Shown here one piece after another: positions 15,699 to 25,979 of a DNA stretch of 64,000 nucleotides. Position 1 is the first letter of the stretch. Each line of letters starts with the position of its first letter. The notes beneath the pieces were generated by a model that worked only from the letters and a program-made list of their open reading frames with translations, was not told the DNA's origin and searched no databases. The translations under genes were made by a program, and so were the position numbers. The stretch is from Rhodospirillaceae bacterium (GTDB taxonomy: Bacteria > Pseudomonadota > Alphaproteobacteria > Reyranellales > JAQSWP01): the NCBI GenBank assembly GCA_040255215.1, contig JBDZUM010000004.1, forward strand, positions 4,093-68,092. The letters run 5' to 3'.

Positions 15699-16946
15699 GT
15701 GCTGAAGGCGTTGCGTGGCTTGTCTTTGCTGGCCGTTCTGGCGGCCTTCGCCGGTTCGACCCTGTCGCCGCTGCCGCTTCAGGCGCAGCAGCGGCAGCAG
15801 AAGCCGCCGGCCCGGCCGCAGGCCGCCCCGCAACAGCCGCAGCCCGAGCCGATCGCGCCCTCGCAGATCGGCATCGAAACGCCCGCCAAGCAGGCCTATC
15901 TGGTCGATCTCGCGACCGGCACCGTGCTGCTGGCCAAGGATGCCGATCAGCCGATGCTGCCGTCGTCGATGGCCAAGATGATGACCATCTACATGCTGTG
16001 GGAGGAGATGAAGGCGGGTCGCGTCAGGCTCGACACGGAATTCCGCGTCAGCGAGCGCGCTTGGCGGCTGCAGGGCTCGAAAATGTTCGTGGCGCTCGAC
16101 AGCCAGGTGGCGGTGAAGGATCTGATCCCCGGCGTCATCGTGCATTCGGGCAACGACGCGACGGTGGTCATCGCCGAGGGCATCGCCGGCAGCGAGGATG
16201 CCTTCGCCGAGCGCATGACCAAGCGGGCGAAGGAAATCGGCATGACCGATTCGGTGTTCCTGAACGCCAGCGGCTGGCCGGCGGAAGGCCAGCACACGAC
16301 GGCGCACGATCTGGCGATCCTCGCCAAGCGCACGATCGAGGACTTCCCCGAGTACTACAAGCGCTACTACTCGGAGACCGGCTTCAAGTACCAGGACTAC
16401 GACACGCAGTATAACCGCAACCCGCTGCTGGGCCGGGTATCGGGCGCCGACGGGCTGAAGACCGGTCACACCGAGGATGCCGGCTACGGCCTCACCGGAT
16501 CGGTGCAGCGCGGCGAGCGCCGCATCGTCTTGGTGGTCAACGGCCTCACCAGCATGCGCCAGCGCCAGCAGGAGACCGAACGGCTGGTCGAGTGGGCGTT
16601 CCGCGAGTTCAACAACCTGACTGCCTTCAAGGCCGGCGAGACCGTCGGGTCGGCGCAGGTATGGATGGGCGAGGCGGCCAGCGTGCCGTTGACGGTGGCG
16701 AAGAACGTGGTGCTGACGTTGCCGCGCACCGCCAAGACGAGCATGAAGGCCAGGGTGGTCTATGACGGGCCGGTGCCGGCACCGATCGCCAAGGGGCAGC
16801 GCATCGGCAAGGTCATCGTCGAACCGGCGGAGAATGCGGGCGTCATCGAGGTACCGCTGATCGCCGCCGCCGACGTGCCGAAGCTGGGCTTCGTCGGCCG
16901 CATCATGGCGACGGTGAAGCATTTTCTGCTAGGCTCGCAGGGCTGA
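15699..16946 (+). CDS. D-alanyl-D-alanine carboxypeptidase (peptidase S11, PBP5/6 type)
   Basis: The GTG at 15699 follows GGAGGAGG (the track starts at TTG 15684). Contains SSMAKMMT (SxxK), SGND and the KTG motif (GLKTGHT). Confidence 0.88.
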   Translation: MLKALRGLSLLAVLAAFAGSTLSPLPLQAQQRQQKPPARPQAAPQQPQPEPIAPSQIGIETPAKQAYLVDLATGTVLLAKDADQPMLPSSMAKMMTIYMLWEEMKAGRVRLDTEFRVSERAWRLQGSKMFVALDSQVAVKDLIPGVIVHSGNDATVVIAEGIAGSEDAFAERMTKRAKEIGMTDSVFLNASGWPAEGQHTTAHDLAILAKRTIEDFPEYYKRYYSETGFKYQDYDTQYNRNPLLGRVSGADGLKTGHTEDAGYGLTGSVQRGERRIVLVVNGLTSMRQRQQETERLVEWAFREFNNLTAFKAGETVGSAQVWMGEAASVPLTVAKNVVLTLPRTAKTSMKARVVYDGPVPAPIAKGQRIGKVIVEPAENAGVIEVPLIAAADVPKLGFVGRIMATVKHFLLGSQG

Positions 16947-16989
16947 GCGGAGCCTGTGGATTTCCGCCGGTCGGGGCGGAAAGACAGGG

Positions 16990-17625
16990 ATGGCGCGCGG
17001 CAGATTCATCACCATCGAGGGCGGGGAGGGCGCCGGCAAGTCGACGCAGATCGGCATGCTGGGCGACTGGCTGCGCGAGCGCGGCATCGCCGTGACCACG
17101 ACCCGCGAGCCGGGCGGCTCGCCCGGCGCCGAGGCGATCCGGACGCTGCTGGTCGAGGGCGACGCGGCGCGCTGGGACGGGCTGACCGAAGCGCTGCTCC
17201 ACTTCGCGGCGCGGCGCGACCATCTGGTGAAGACGGTATGGCCGGCGCTCGATCGCGGCGAATGGGTGATCTCCGACCGCTTCGCCGATTCGACCAAGGC
17301 CTACCAGGGCTATGGGCACGGGCTCGACCCGCAGACGATCGACCGGCTCTACGAGATCGCGGTCGGCGCCTTCCGGCCCGACCTGACGCTGATCCTCGAC
17401 ATTCCCGTCGAACACGGGCTGGCGCGCGCCGCCCGCCGCGCCGGGCGCGAGACCCGCTACGAGAGCATGGATGTCGATTTCCATCGCCGCCTGCGCCAGG
17501 GCTTCCTTGAGATCGCCCGCGCCGAACCGCAGCGTTGCATGGTGATAGACGCCACCGGCTCGCCCGAAGCGGTGCAGGTCGCCATCCGCATGGCGATGAT
17601 CCAGCACGTGCAGGCGCCGACATGA
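16990..17625 (+). CDS. tmk: dTMP kinase
   Basis: FITIEGGEGAGKSTQ P-loop and TREPGGS. Confidence 0.95.
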   Translation: MARGRFITIEGGEGAGKSTQIGMLGDWLRERGIAVTTTREPGGSPGAEAIRTLLVEGDAARWDGLTEALLHFAARRDHLVKTVWPALDRGEWVISDRFADSTKAYQGYGHGLDPQTIDRLYEIAVGAFRPDLTLILDIPVEHGLARAARRAGRETRYESMDVDFHRRLRQGFLEIARAEPQRCMVIDATGSPEAVQVAIRMAMIQHVQAPT

Positions 17626-18704
17626 GCGAAGCGGAGATGGAAATCCCTTTGCCGCGCGACCGGCTGGCGCTGACCGGCCATGCCGAGGCCGAGGCGACGC
17701 TGCTCGCCGCCTACCAGTCCGGCTGCCTGCCGCATGCCTGGCTGATCACCGGCCCGCGCGGCATCGGCAAGGCGACGCTGGCCTATCGCTTCGCCCGCTT
17801 CCTGCTCAGCGGCGGCGGCGAGGGCGGGTTGTTCGGCGGGCCGTCCGATCTCTCGGTGCCGGCCGAGTCCTCGGTCGCGCATCGCGTCTCGGCCCAGGCC
17901 CATCCCGATCTGCGCGTCGTCGAGCGCACCGCCAACGAGCGCACCGGCAAGCTGCGCAGCGAGATCGTGGTCGACGACGTGCGCGATCTGTCGCATTTCC
18001 TGCGGCTGACGCCGTCGGATGGCGGCTGGCGCATCGCCATCGTCGATGCCGCCGACGAGATGAACCGCAACGCCGCCAACGCGCTGCTCAAGATCCTCGA
18101 GGAGCCGCCGGACAACTCGGTGCTGCTGGTGGTCAGCCACGCGCCCGGCCGGCTGCTGCCGACCATCCGCTCGCGTTGCCGCAAACTGGCGCTCAAGCCG
18201 CTGCCATTCGAGCAGACCGACGCGCTGATCGGCGAATTCCTGCCGCAGCTGTCGGCCGAGGAGCGCCAGGCGCTGGCCGGGCTGGCCGACGGCAGCCCGG
18301 GCCGGGCGCTGGAACTGGCCGCCGCCGGCAGCCTCGATCTCTATCGCGCCGTCGCCGAGCTGCTGGGCACCCTGCCGTCGCTCGACCTGGGCCGCCTGCA
18401 TGCGCTGGCCGATCGCGCGGCGCGGGCCGGCGCGGAGGGCGATTTCCGCACCATCGGCTTCCTGCTCGGCTGGTGGCTGGAGACGCTGGTGCACGAGAGC
18501 GCGCGCGGGCGCGTCGCGGCCTCGGTGATGGCCGGCGACACCGCGCTGCGCCAGCGTCTGGCCGGGGCTGCCCGCCTTGATCGGTGGGTGGATGTATGGG
18601 AAAAGAACGCCCAACTTTTCGCTCGCGCCGACGCCGTAAATCTGGACCGCAAGCAGGTTGTCCTCGGCAGCTTCCTTGCGCTCGAGGCCGCCGCCCGGCC
18701 CTGA
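17622..18704 (+). CDS. holB: DNA polymerase III subunit delta prime
   Basis: The ATG at 17622 overlaps the tmk stop. Contains LPHAWLITGPRGIGKATLA and SRCRKL. Confidence 0.9.
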   Translation: MSEAEMEIPLPRDRLALTGHAEAEATLLAAYQSGCLPHAWLITGPRGIGKATLAYRFARFLLSGGGEGGLFGGPSDLSVPAESSVAHRVSAQAHPDLRVVERTANERTGKLRSEIVVDDVRDLSHFLRLTPSDGGWRIAIVDAADEMNRNAANALLKILEEPPDNSVLLVVSHAPGRLLPTIRSRCRKLALKPLPFEQTDALIGEFLPQLSAEERQALAGLADGSPGRALELAAAGSLDLYRAVAELLGTLPSLDLGRLHALADRAARAGAEGDFRTIGFLLGWWLETLVHESARGRVAASVMAGDTALRQRLAGAARLDRWVDVWEKNAQLFARADAVNLDRKQVVLGSFLALEAAARP

Positions 18705-18740
18705 TCTTCGCCTCGGAACGGGCGGGGAACCGGAAGGACC

Positions 18741-20294
18741 ATGTCGGGCGACAAGCGTTTCTACATCACGACGGCGATCTCCTACGTCAACGGGCCGCCG
18801 CATCTGGGCCATGCCTACGAGTCGATCTCCTGCGACGTGATCGCCCGCTTCATGCGGCTCGACGGCTACGACGTGATGTTCCTGACCGGCACCGACGAGC
18901 ATGGCCAGAAGGTCGAGAGCACGGCCCGCGCCAATGGCAAGGAGCCGCAGCAGTTTTGCGACGAGATCGCCGGCCAGTTCCAGGCGATGACCCGGCTGCT
19001 CAACATCTCGAACGACGATTTCATCCGCACCACCGAGGAGCGCCATATCCTGTCGTCGCAGGCGCTGTGGAAGAAGCTCGAAGCCAACGGCGACATCTAT
19101 CTCGGCAAATACGCCGGCTGGTATTCGGTGCGCGACGAGGCCTTCTTCGCCGAGGACGAACTGACCAAAGGCGAGGGGGGCAAGCTCTTCGCGCCCTCGG
19201 GCGCGCCGGTGGAGTGGGTGGAGGAGCCGTCGTACTTCTTCAGGCTGTCGGCCTATGGCGACAGGCTATTGAAGCACTACGACGACAATCCGGATTTCAT
19301 CCTGCCGCATTACCGGCGCAACGAGGTCGCCAACTTCGTCAAGCAGGGGCTGACCGACCTGTCGGTCTCGCGCACGTCCTTCACATGGGGAATTCCCGTG
19401 CCGGGCGACGAGAAGCACATCATGTATGTCTGGCTCGACGCGCTGACCAACTACATCACCGCCGTCGGCCATCCCGACGTCGACAGCGCGACGTTCCGCA
19501 AGTTCTGGCCGGCCGACATCCATGTCATCGGCAAGGACATCATTCGTTTCCACACCATCTACTGGCCGGCTTTCCTGATGTCGGCCGGCATCGAGCTGCC
19601 GCGCCGCGTCTTCGGCCATGGCTTCCTCAATATCGAAGGCCAGAAGATGTCGAAGTCGCTGGGCAACGTCATCACGCCGAAAGCCATGGTCGACGAATTC
19701 GGCCTCGACCAGGTGCGCTACTTCCTGATGCGCGAAGTGCCCTACGGCAACGACGGTTCGTTCTCCAAGGAGTCGATGGTCAACCGCATCAATTCGGACC
19801 TGGCCAACGATTTCGGCAATCTGGCGCAACGCGTGCTGTCGATGATCGCCAAGAACTGCGGCGGCACGCTGCCCCAGCCCGGACCGCTGACCGACGCCGA
19901 CAAGGCCCTGATCGAGACGGCCAAGGCGGCGCTGCCGGACATGCGCGAGGCGATGAAGACGCAGCAGGTCCACCGCATGCTGGAAGCGGTCTGGAAGGTC
20001 GTGGGCGAGGCCAATCGCTACGTCGACGCCCAGGCGCCCTGGGTGCTGCGCAAGAGCGATCCCGCCCGCATGGGTACGGTGCTCTACGTGGCGGCCGACG
20101 CGATCCGCATCCTGGCGATCTACGCCCAGTCGATCACGCCGGCGGCGGCGGAGAAGCTGCTCGCCCAGCTGGCCGTGCCCGAGGACCGGCGGAAATTCGC
20201 GGATATCGCGACGCCGCTGGCTGGCGGTACGGCGCTGCCGGCGCCGGCGGGCGTATTCCCGCGCTACGTCGAGGCTGCCGGGGACGCGGCGTGA
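18741..20294 (+). CDS. metG: methionine--tRNA ligase
   Basis: HLGH (HIGH-type) and KMSKS motifs; 517 aa. Confidence 0.96.
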   Translation: MSGDKRFYITTAISYVNGPPHLGHAYESISCDVIARFMRLDGYDVMFLTGTDEHGQKVESTARANGKEPQQFCDEIAGQFQAMTRLLNISNDDFIRTTEERHILSSQALWKKLEANGDIYLGKYAGWYSVRDEAFFAEDELTKGEGGKLFAPSGAPVEWVEEPSYFFRLSAYGDRLLKHYDDNPDFILPHYRRNEVANFVKQGLTDLSVSRTSFTWGIPVPGDEKHIMYVWLDALTNYITAVGHPDVDSATFRKFWPADIHVIGKDIIRFHTIYWPAFLMSAGIELPRRVFGHGFLNIEGQKMSKSLGNVITPKAMVDEFGLDQVRYFLMREVPYGNDGSFSKESMVNRINSDLANDFGNLAQRVLSMIAKNCGGTLPQPGPLTDADKALIETAKAALPDMREAMKTQQVHRMLEAVWKVVGEANRYVDAQAPWVLRKSDPARMGTVLYVAADAIRILAIYAQSITPAAAEKLLAQLAVPEDRRKFADIATPLAGGTALPAPAGVFPRYVEAAGDAA

Positions 20295-21076
20295 TGCTGG
20301 TCGACAGCCACTGCCATCTCGACTTCCCCGAGCTGGCGTCGGAGATCGACGCCGTGGTCGATCGCGCCCGTGGCGCCGGGGTGGGGACGATGCTGACCAT
20401 CGGCACCAGCCTTGAGCGCTTTCCCGGCGTGCTGGCCATGGCCGAACGCTTCCCCGACGTCTGGTGCAGCGTCGGCGTGCATCCGCACGAGGCCGAGAAG
20501 GAAGGGCAGAACACGCCCGACCGGCTGATCGAGCTGGCGGGCCATCCCCGGGTCGTCGGCATCGGCGAGACCGGCCTGGACTATTACTACGAGCATTCCC
20601 CGCGCCAGCAGCAGCGCGACAGTTTCCGCGCCCATATCGCCGCCGCCCGATCCACCGGCCTGCCGCTGATCGTCCATACCCGCGACGCCGACGAGGAAAC
20701 CGCCGCGATCCTGCGCGAAGAGCAGGGCAAGGGGCCCTTTCCCGGCTTGATCCATTGCTTTAGCTCATCCAGACAAGTATCTGATATTGCGCTGGAATTG
20801 GGGATGTATATCTCGATTTCGGGTATCGTTACCTTCAAGGCGGCCGAGGAATTGCGGCAGATCGTGCGCGACATCCCGCTCGACCGGCTGCTGGTCGAGA
20901 CCGACTCGCCCTATCTGGCCCCGGTGCCCAAGCGTGGGAAGCGCAACGAGCCCGCCTTCGTTGCCCATACGGCGGCCAAGGTGGCCGAACTGAAGGGGGT
21001 CGGCATGGCGGAACTGACGGAAGCAACAACCGAGAATTTTTTCCGTCTTTTCAATAAAGTACCGGAACGAGCTTAA
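20294..21076 (+). CDS. TatD family hydrolase
   Basis: The N-terminus MLVDSHCHLDF and later GVHPHEA. The start overlaps the metG stop. Confidence 0.9.
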   Translation: MLVDSHCHLDFPELASEIDAVVDRARGAGVGTMLTIGTSLERFPGVLAMAERFPDVWCSVGVHPHEAEKEGQNTPDRLIELAGHPRVVGIGETGLDYYYEHSPRQQQRDSFRAHIAAARSTGLPLIVHTRDADEETAAILREEQGKGPFPGLIHCFSSSRQVSDIALELGMYISISGIVTFKAAEELRQIVRDIPLDRLLVETDSPYLAPVPKRGKRNEPAFVAHTAAKVAELKGVGMAELTEATTENFFRLFNKVPERA

Positions 21077-21089
21077 AGATCGGTTTAGT

Positions 21090-21863
21090 TTGATGCGGGT
21101 AACGATTCTAGGCTGCGGCACTTCGGGCGGCGTGCCGCGCGTCGGCGGCAAGGATGGCGCTGGCGATTGGGGCGCCTGCGATCCCAAGAATCCCCGCAAC
21201 CGGCGGCGCCGTTGCTCGATCCTGGTGCAGAACGGACCGACCACGGTGCTGGTCGACACCTCGCCGGACTGCCGCGAGCAGCTTATCGATGCCCGTGTAG
21301 GCCGGCTCGACGGCGTGATCTGGACCCACGAGCATGCGGACCAGCTGCACGGCGTGGATGACCCGCGGGCGCTGGCGCTGCGCCAGGGGCCGATCGAGGG
21401 CTGGGCCGACGAGCGGACCTGGAAGATCCTGCGCCATCGCTTCGGCTATTGCTTCAGCAGTGAGGAGGCGGGCTGGTACAACCCGATCTACCGGCCCAAG
21501 CTGATCGACGGGCCGTTCAAGATCGGCCAGATCGAGGTCACGCCCTTCGAGCAGGACCACGGCACGATTCCGACGCTGGGGCTGCGCTTCGGACCCATCG
21601 CCTACGTCAACGACGTGGTGCGGCTGGAGGAGGCGGCATTCGCGGCCCTGGCCGGCGTCGACACCATGATCGTCGACGCCATGCGCTATACCCCGCACCC
21701 GACCCATGCCCATGTCGAGCTGGCGCTGAACTGGATCGCCCGGGTGGCGCCACGGCGGGCGGTGCTGACCAATTTGCATGTCGACCTGGATTACGAGCGG
21801 CTGCGAGGCGAATTGCCGGCTGGCGTCGAGCCCGCTTACGATGGCTTGGAAATCGAGGCCTGA
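21090..21863 (+). CDS. MBL-fold metallo-hydrolase
   Basis: ILGCGTSGGVP and WTHEHADQLHG. This is the usual neighbour of tatD. Confidence 0.8.
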   Translation: MMRVTILGCGTSGGVPRVGGKDGAGDWGACDPKNPRNRRRRCSILVQNGPTTVLVDTSPDCREQLIDARVGRLDGVIWTHEHADQLHGVDDPRALALRQGPIEGWADERTWKILRHRFGYCFSSEEAGWYNPIYRPKLIDGPFKIGQIEVTPFEQDHGTIPTLGLRFGPIAYVNDVVRLEEAAFAALAGVDTMIVDAMRYTPHPTHAHVELALNWIARVAPRRAVLTNLHVDLDYERLRGELPAGVEPAYDGLEIEA

Positions 21864-21882
21864 GCCTGTCTGGAGCCCTGCC

Positions 21883-22551
21883 ATGCGCTGGTTAGCCGTC
21901 CTGCCGCTGATTCTGGCCCTGATTCCGGGCGCCTCGACGGCCGTCGCCCAGGAAACCCTGGCCCTGCCGGTCGGCAAGTACCTCGATTTCGCCACCGCCT
22001 CGGATTCGCGGTCGCTCACCGAGGACGACAGCCTGGTGATGCGGCGCTGGGTCGACAACAACATCGAGAACATCGTCGAACTGGTGTCGGTCGACCGGGA
22101 GCAGGGCAGCGCCACTGTGCATTTCGCCTCGGCCAGGATGACCCTGCCGATCCCGCTGGGCTGGTACGCCATGGACGACGGCGAGCGCGGCGCGGCGTTC
22201 ACGGCCGACGAGAACGTCCGCATCATCGCCCGCCAGCTCGATCTCGAGTTCGAGGGCATGAAGAGCATCGAGGAATACGCCTCGGTCAAACGCGCCATCC
22301 AGCAGCAGCGCGCGCCGCGGGCCCGCATCGCCGAAAAGCGGCTGAGCACCGGCCAAATCGTCAATGTCTACGAGGCCGTGCCGGCGCGGCCCAACGACAG
22401 CGGGCCGCGCGCCATCTTCGAGGTGCTGACGCCGCATCCGACCGACAAGCGCCGCGGTCATCAGATCCTGTTCGGCGTTCCGGACGGCCAGGAGGAGAAG
22501 TATCTGCCGCTGCTTGGGTTGGTAATGAGAGATCGTAAGATCGACTGGTAA
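21883..22551 (+). CDS. exported hypothetical protein
   Basis: The ATG at 21883 gives the signal peptide MRWLAVLPLILALIPGASTAVAQ. No motif recognised. Confidence 0.6.
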   Translation: MRWLAVLPLILALIPGASTAVAQETLALPVGKYLDFATASDSRSLTEDDSLVMRRWVDNNIENIVELVSVDREQGSATVHFASARMTLPIPLGWYAMDDGERGAAFTADENVRIIARQLDLEFEGMKSIEEYASVKRAIQQQRAPRARIAEKRLSTGQIVNVYEAVPARPNDSGPRAIFEVLTPHPTDKRRGHQILFGVPDGQEEKYLPLLGLVMRDRKIDW

Positions 22552-22567
22552 ATATCTTTTATCATTT

Positions 22568-22596
22568 AATATATATTATTTTCCATAATATATATT
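22568..22596. repeat. perfect AT-only inverted repeat
   Basis: AATATATATTAT (22568-22579), spacer TTTCC, then ATAATATATATT (22585-22596). It sits inside a roughly 50-nt, almost GC-free stretch. Confidence 0.9.
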
Positions 22597-22610
22597 ATGC
22601 GATCTTTGGG

Positions 22611-22639
22611 TTGCTTCCCTCAGGGCCCTGCGTTATGGT
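22611..22639 (+). promoter_or_regulatory. candidate sigma70-type promoter of mazG
   Basis: TTGCTT (22611-22616), a 17-nt spacer, then TATGGT (22634-22639). It lies 31 nt before the mazG ATG and just downstream of the AT-rich tract (UP-element-like). Confidence 0.4.
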
Positions 22640-22669
22640 TCGCGACCTCTCACATCAGGCAGAATCCCG

Positions 22670-23527
22670 ATGTCCCGTGTCCCGCCGCCCGATCCCAGCA
22701 AGCCCGGCATCGACCGCCTGATCGAGGTGATGGCGCGGCTGCGCGACAAGGAGCATGGCTGTCCGTGGGATCTCGAGCAGGATTTCGGCTCGATCGCGCC
22801 CTACACCATCGAGGAAGCCTACGAGGTCGCCGACGCCATCGCCCGAGGCGACATGGCCGGGCTGAAGGAAGAACTTGGCGATCTGCTGCTGCAGGTCGTC
22901 TACCACGCCCAGATGGCGCGTGAGATGGCCTCCGAGGCCGGCGCCTTCGATTTCGAGGCCGTCGCGCAGGGCATCGCCGACAAGATGATCAGCCGCCATC
23001 CGCATGTCTTCGGCGACCAGCGGATCGACAGCGCCCAGGCCCAGACCAGCAACTGGGAGCAATTCAAGGCAGCCGAACGGGCCGCAAAGGCAGCGGCCAC
23101 CGGCAAGCCGCCCAGCATTCTGGAGGGAATCGCCCTCGCCCTTCCCGCCCTGATGCGGGCCGAGAAGCTGCAGAAGCGGGCCGCCCGGGTCGGGTTCGAA
23201 TGGCCCGACGTGCGGCAGGTTTTCGACAAGGTCGAGGAAGAACTTGGCGAGGTACGGGCCGAGGTCGACGGCGCCCGGGACAAGGAGCGCCTGACCGACG
23301 AGATCGGCGACGTGCTGTTCGTGGTGGCAAATCTGGCGCGCCAGCTCGGGATCGACCCGGAAGTGGCGCTGCGGCACGCCAATGCCAAGTTCGAGCGTCG
23401 CTTCGGCCATGTCGAACGCAGCCTGCAGGCGGCCGGACGGCCGCTGCAGCAGGCCTCGCTCGAGGAAATGGAGGATCTGTGGCAGGAGGCCAAGCGGCTT
23501 GAACGCGGCCCCGCAACCGGCGGATGA
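22670..23527 (+). CDS. mazG: nucleoside triphosphate pyrophosphohydrolase MazG
   Basis: CPWDLEQDFGSIAPYTIEEAYEVADAI and a duplicated EELGD/DEIGD MazG motif. Confidence 0.93.
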   Translation: MSRVPPPDPSKPGIDRLIEVMARLRDKEHGCPWDLEQDFGSIAPYTIEEAYEVADAIARGDMAGLKEELGDLLLQVVYHAQMAREMASEAGAFDFEAVAQGIADKMISRHPHVFGDQRIDSAQAQTSNWEQFKAAERAAKAAATGKPPSILEGIALALPALMRAEKLQKRAARVGFEWPDVRQVFDKVEEELGEVRAEVDGARDKERLTDEIGDVLFVVANLARQLGIDPEVALRHANAKFERRFGHVERSLQAAGRPLQQASLEEMEDLWQEAKRLERGPATGG

Positions 23528-23570
23528 TCGGCCAGCCCGAACGGCAGCAAGAAGTTACAGGGAGGTAACC

Positions 23571-24335
23571 ATGGCGACCCAGAAAAAGACGATCTTCATT
23601 ACCGGCGCCACCGCCGGCTTCGGCGAAGCCATGGCGCGCCGTTTCGCCGCTGCCGGCCATTCCCTGATCCTGACCGGCCGCCGGGCCGACCGCCTGGCCA
23701 AGCTCAAGAGCGAACTGAAAGCGCCGGTGCACACGATCGAACTCGACGTGCGCGACCGCAAGGCGGTCGAAGCGGCGGTCGCCGCCCTTCCCGACCAATT
23801 CAAGGCGGTCGATATCCTGATCAACAATGCCGGCCTGGCGCTGGGTCTGGAGCCTGCCCACAAGGTCGCCATGGAAGACTGGGAGGGCATGATCGACACC
23901 AACATCAAGGGCCTGCTCTACGTCACGCGCGCGCTACTGCCGGGCATGGTCGAGCGCGACCGCGGCCACGTCGTCAATCTCGGCTCGGTCGCCGGCACCT
24001 ACCCCTATCCCGGCGGCAACGTCTATGGCGGCACCAAGGCCTTCGTGCACCAGTTCTCGCTCAACCTGCGCGCCGACCTCCTCGGCTCGCGCATTCGCGT
24101 CACCAGCGTCGAGCCGGGCATGGCGGAAACCGAATTCTCGGTGGTGCGCTTCAAGGGCGATGCCGGCAAGGCCAAGGACGTTTACAAGGGCCTGCAGCCG
24201 ATGACGCCCGACAACATCGCCCAGACCATCGAGTTCATCACCACCATCCTGCCCGAGCACGTCAACATCAACACCATCGAAATGATGCCGGTGATGCAGG
24301 CCTTCTCACCGTTCGCGGTCAAGCGCGAGGGCTGA
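23571..24335 (+). CDS. ydfG: NADP-dependent 3-hydroxy acid dehydrogenase, YdfG-like SDR
   Basis: The ATG at 23571 follows GGAGG. Contains TGATAGFG, NNAG and YxxxK (YGGTKAF). It aligns along its whole length with E. coli YdfG as I remember that sequence. Confidence 0.85.
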   Translation: MATQKKTIFITGATAGFGEAMARRFAAAGHSLILTGRRADRLAKLKSELKAPVHTIELDVRDRKAVEAAVAALPDQFKAVDILINNAGLALGLEPAHKVAMEDWEGMIDTNIKGLLYVTRALLPGMVERDRGHVVNLGSVAGTYPYPGGNVYGGTKAFVHQFSLNLRADLLGSRIRVTSVEPGMAETEFSVVRFKGDAGKAKDVYKGLQPMTPDNIAQTIEFITTILPEHVNINTIEMMPVMQAFSPFAVKREG

Positions 24336-24344
24336 TACCGGCTG

Positions 24345-24384
24345 CGCCCGTCCGCCTTGCGACGGGCGGTGTGCGCCTATTTTC
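24345..24384 (+). terminator. possible rho-independent terminator after ydfG
   Basis: Stem CGCCCGTC/GACGGGCG (24345-24352 and 24361-24368) with an 8-nt loop. The T-run (TATTTT) begins only 10 nt later, so this is a weak candidate. Confidence 0.35.
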
Positions 24385-24527
24385 GGCGGCGTGCGGATGG
24401 CGCGCGGCTGCGTTCGCGATGCGCGGATCGGCGTCTGGCGGCGCAGGCGTGATCTGCGCGGGCGTCATTGTACGCGTTCGTCCCCTCGCCCATACTCGCC
24501 GCCGAACAAGGAAAACGGAGGTCGTCC

Positions 24528-25961
24528 ATGTATCCCAACACCGAGCTTTTCATCGATGGCGCGTGGAGCGGCAGCGCGGCGAAGAAAACCATCGACGTCC
24601 TCAACCCGGCCACCGGCGAGACCATCGGTACGGTGGCGCAGGCGGGCAAGGCGGATCTCGATCGCGCCCTGAAGGCGGTCGAGAAAGGCTTCGCCGCCTG
24701 GAAGAAGGTGTCCGCCTTCGATCGCTCGAAGGTGCTGCGCAAGGCGGGCGACCTGGTGCGCGCCCGGGCCGACGAGATCGGCCGCATCATGACCCTGGAA
24801 CAGGGCAAGCCGATGATCGAGGCCAAGATGGAGGCCATGGCGGCCGGCGACATCATGGACTGGTTCGCCGAAGAGGCGCGGCGCACCTATGGCCGCGTCA
24901 TCCCCGCCCGCGCCGATGGCGTCTACCAGCTCGTGGTCAAGGAGCCGGTCGGGCCGGTCGCCGCTTTCACGCCGTGGAACTTCCCGATCAACCAGGCGGT
25001 GCGCAAGATCTCCGCGGCGCTGGCTGCCGGCTGCTCGATCGTGCTGAAAGGCCCGGAGGAAACCCCGGCAAGCTGCGCGGCGCTGGTGAAGTGCTACGAG
25101 GATGCCGGGGTGCCGGCCGGCGTCGTCAATCTGGTGTTCGGCGTGCCGGCGGAAATTTCCGAATACCTGATCCCGCATCCGACGATCCGCAAGGTGACCT
25201 TCACCGGCTCGACGGCCGTGGGCAAGCATCTCGCCATGCTGGCCGGCCAGCACATGAAGCGCATCACCATGGAGCTGGGCGGGCACGCGCCGGCCATCGT
25301 GTTCGAGGACGCCGACATCGACAAGGCGGTGAAGATCCTGAGCGGCTCGAAGTTCCGCAACGCCGGACAGGTCTGCGTCTCCCCCACCCGCTTCCTGGTG
25401 CACGACACGGTCTACGACCGGTTCGTCGACGGTTTCGTCGCCGCGGCCAAGGCGGTCAAGGTCGGCGACGGCCTCGAGAAGGACACCGCGATGGGGCCGC
25501 TGGCCAATTCGCGCCGGATCGACGCCATGCAGGGCTTCGTTTCCGACGCGGTGGCGAAGGGCGCCAATCTGCGCACCGGCGGCAAGCGCATCGGCAACAA
25601 GGGCAATTTCTTCGAGCCGACGGTGCTGACCGACGTGCCGATGGAGGCGCGCATCATGCACGAGGAGCCGTTCGGCCCGATCGCGCCCATCGCCCGCTTC
25701 CGCGAATTCGACGAGGTGGTCGAGGAGGCCAACCGCCTGCCCTACGGCCTGGCGGCTTACGCCTACACGAGGTCGGCGAAGACGGCCGGCGCCATCGGGG
25801 CGGCGTTCGAGAGCGGCATGGTGTCGATCAACCATCATGGGCTGGCCCTGCCCGAGACGCCGTTCGGCGGCGTCAAGGATTCGGGTTTCGGTTCCGAAGG
25901 CGGTTCGGAGGCGATCGAGGCCTATCTGAACACGAAGTTCATCACCCAGGCGTCGCTTTAG
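24528..25961 (+). CDS. NAD(P)-dependent aldehyde dehydrogenase (succinate-semialdehyde dehydrogenase-like)
   Basis: The ATG at 24528 follows GGAG. Contains FTPWNFP, ELGG and GQVCVSPTR (catalytic Cys), plus EEPFGP. Confidence 0.88.
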   Translation: MYPNTELFIDGAWSGSAAKKTIDVLNPATGETIGTVAQAGKADLDRALKAVEKGFAAWKKVSAFDRSKVLRKAGDLVRARADEIGRIMTLEQGKPMIEAKMEAMAAGDIMDWFAEEARRTYGRVIPARADGVYQLVVKEPVGPVAAFTPWNFPINQAVRKISAALAAGCSIVLKGPEETPASCAALVKCYEDAGVPAGVVNLVFGVPAEISEYLIPHPTIRKVTFTGSTAVGKHLAMLAGQHMKRITMELGGHAPAIVFEDADIDKAVKILSGSKFRNAGQVCVSPTRFLVHDTVYDRFVDGFVAAAKAVKVGDGLEKDTAMGPLANSRRIDAMQGFVSDAVAKGANLRTGGKRIGNKGNFFEPTVLTDVPMEARIMHEEPFGPIAPIARFREFDEVVEEANRLPYGLAAYAYTRSAKTAGAIGAAFESGMVSINHHGLALPETPFGGVKDSGFGSEGGSEAIEAYLNTKFITQASL

Positions 25962-25979
25962 TTCGAGTCGGGGCCGGCG

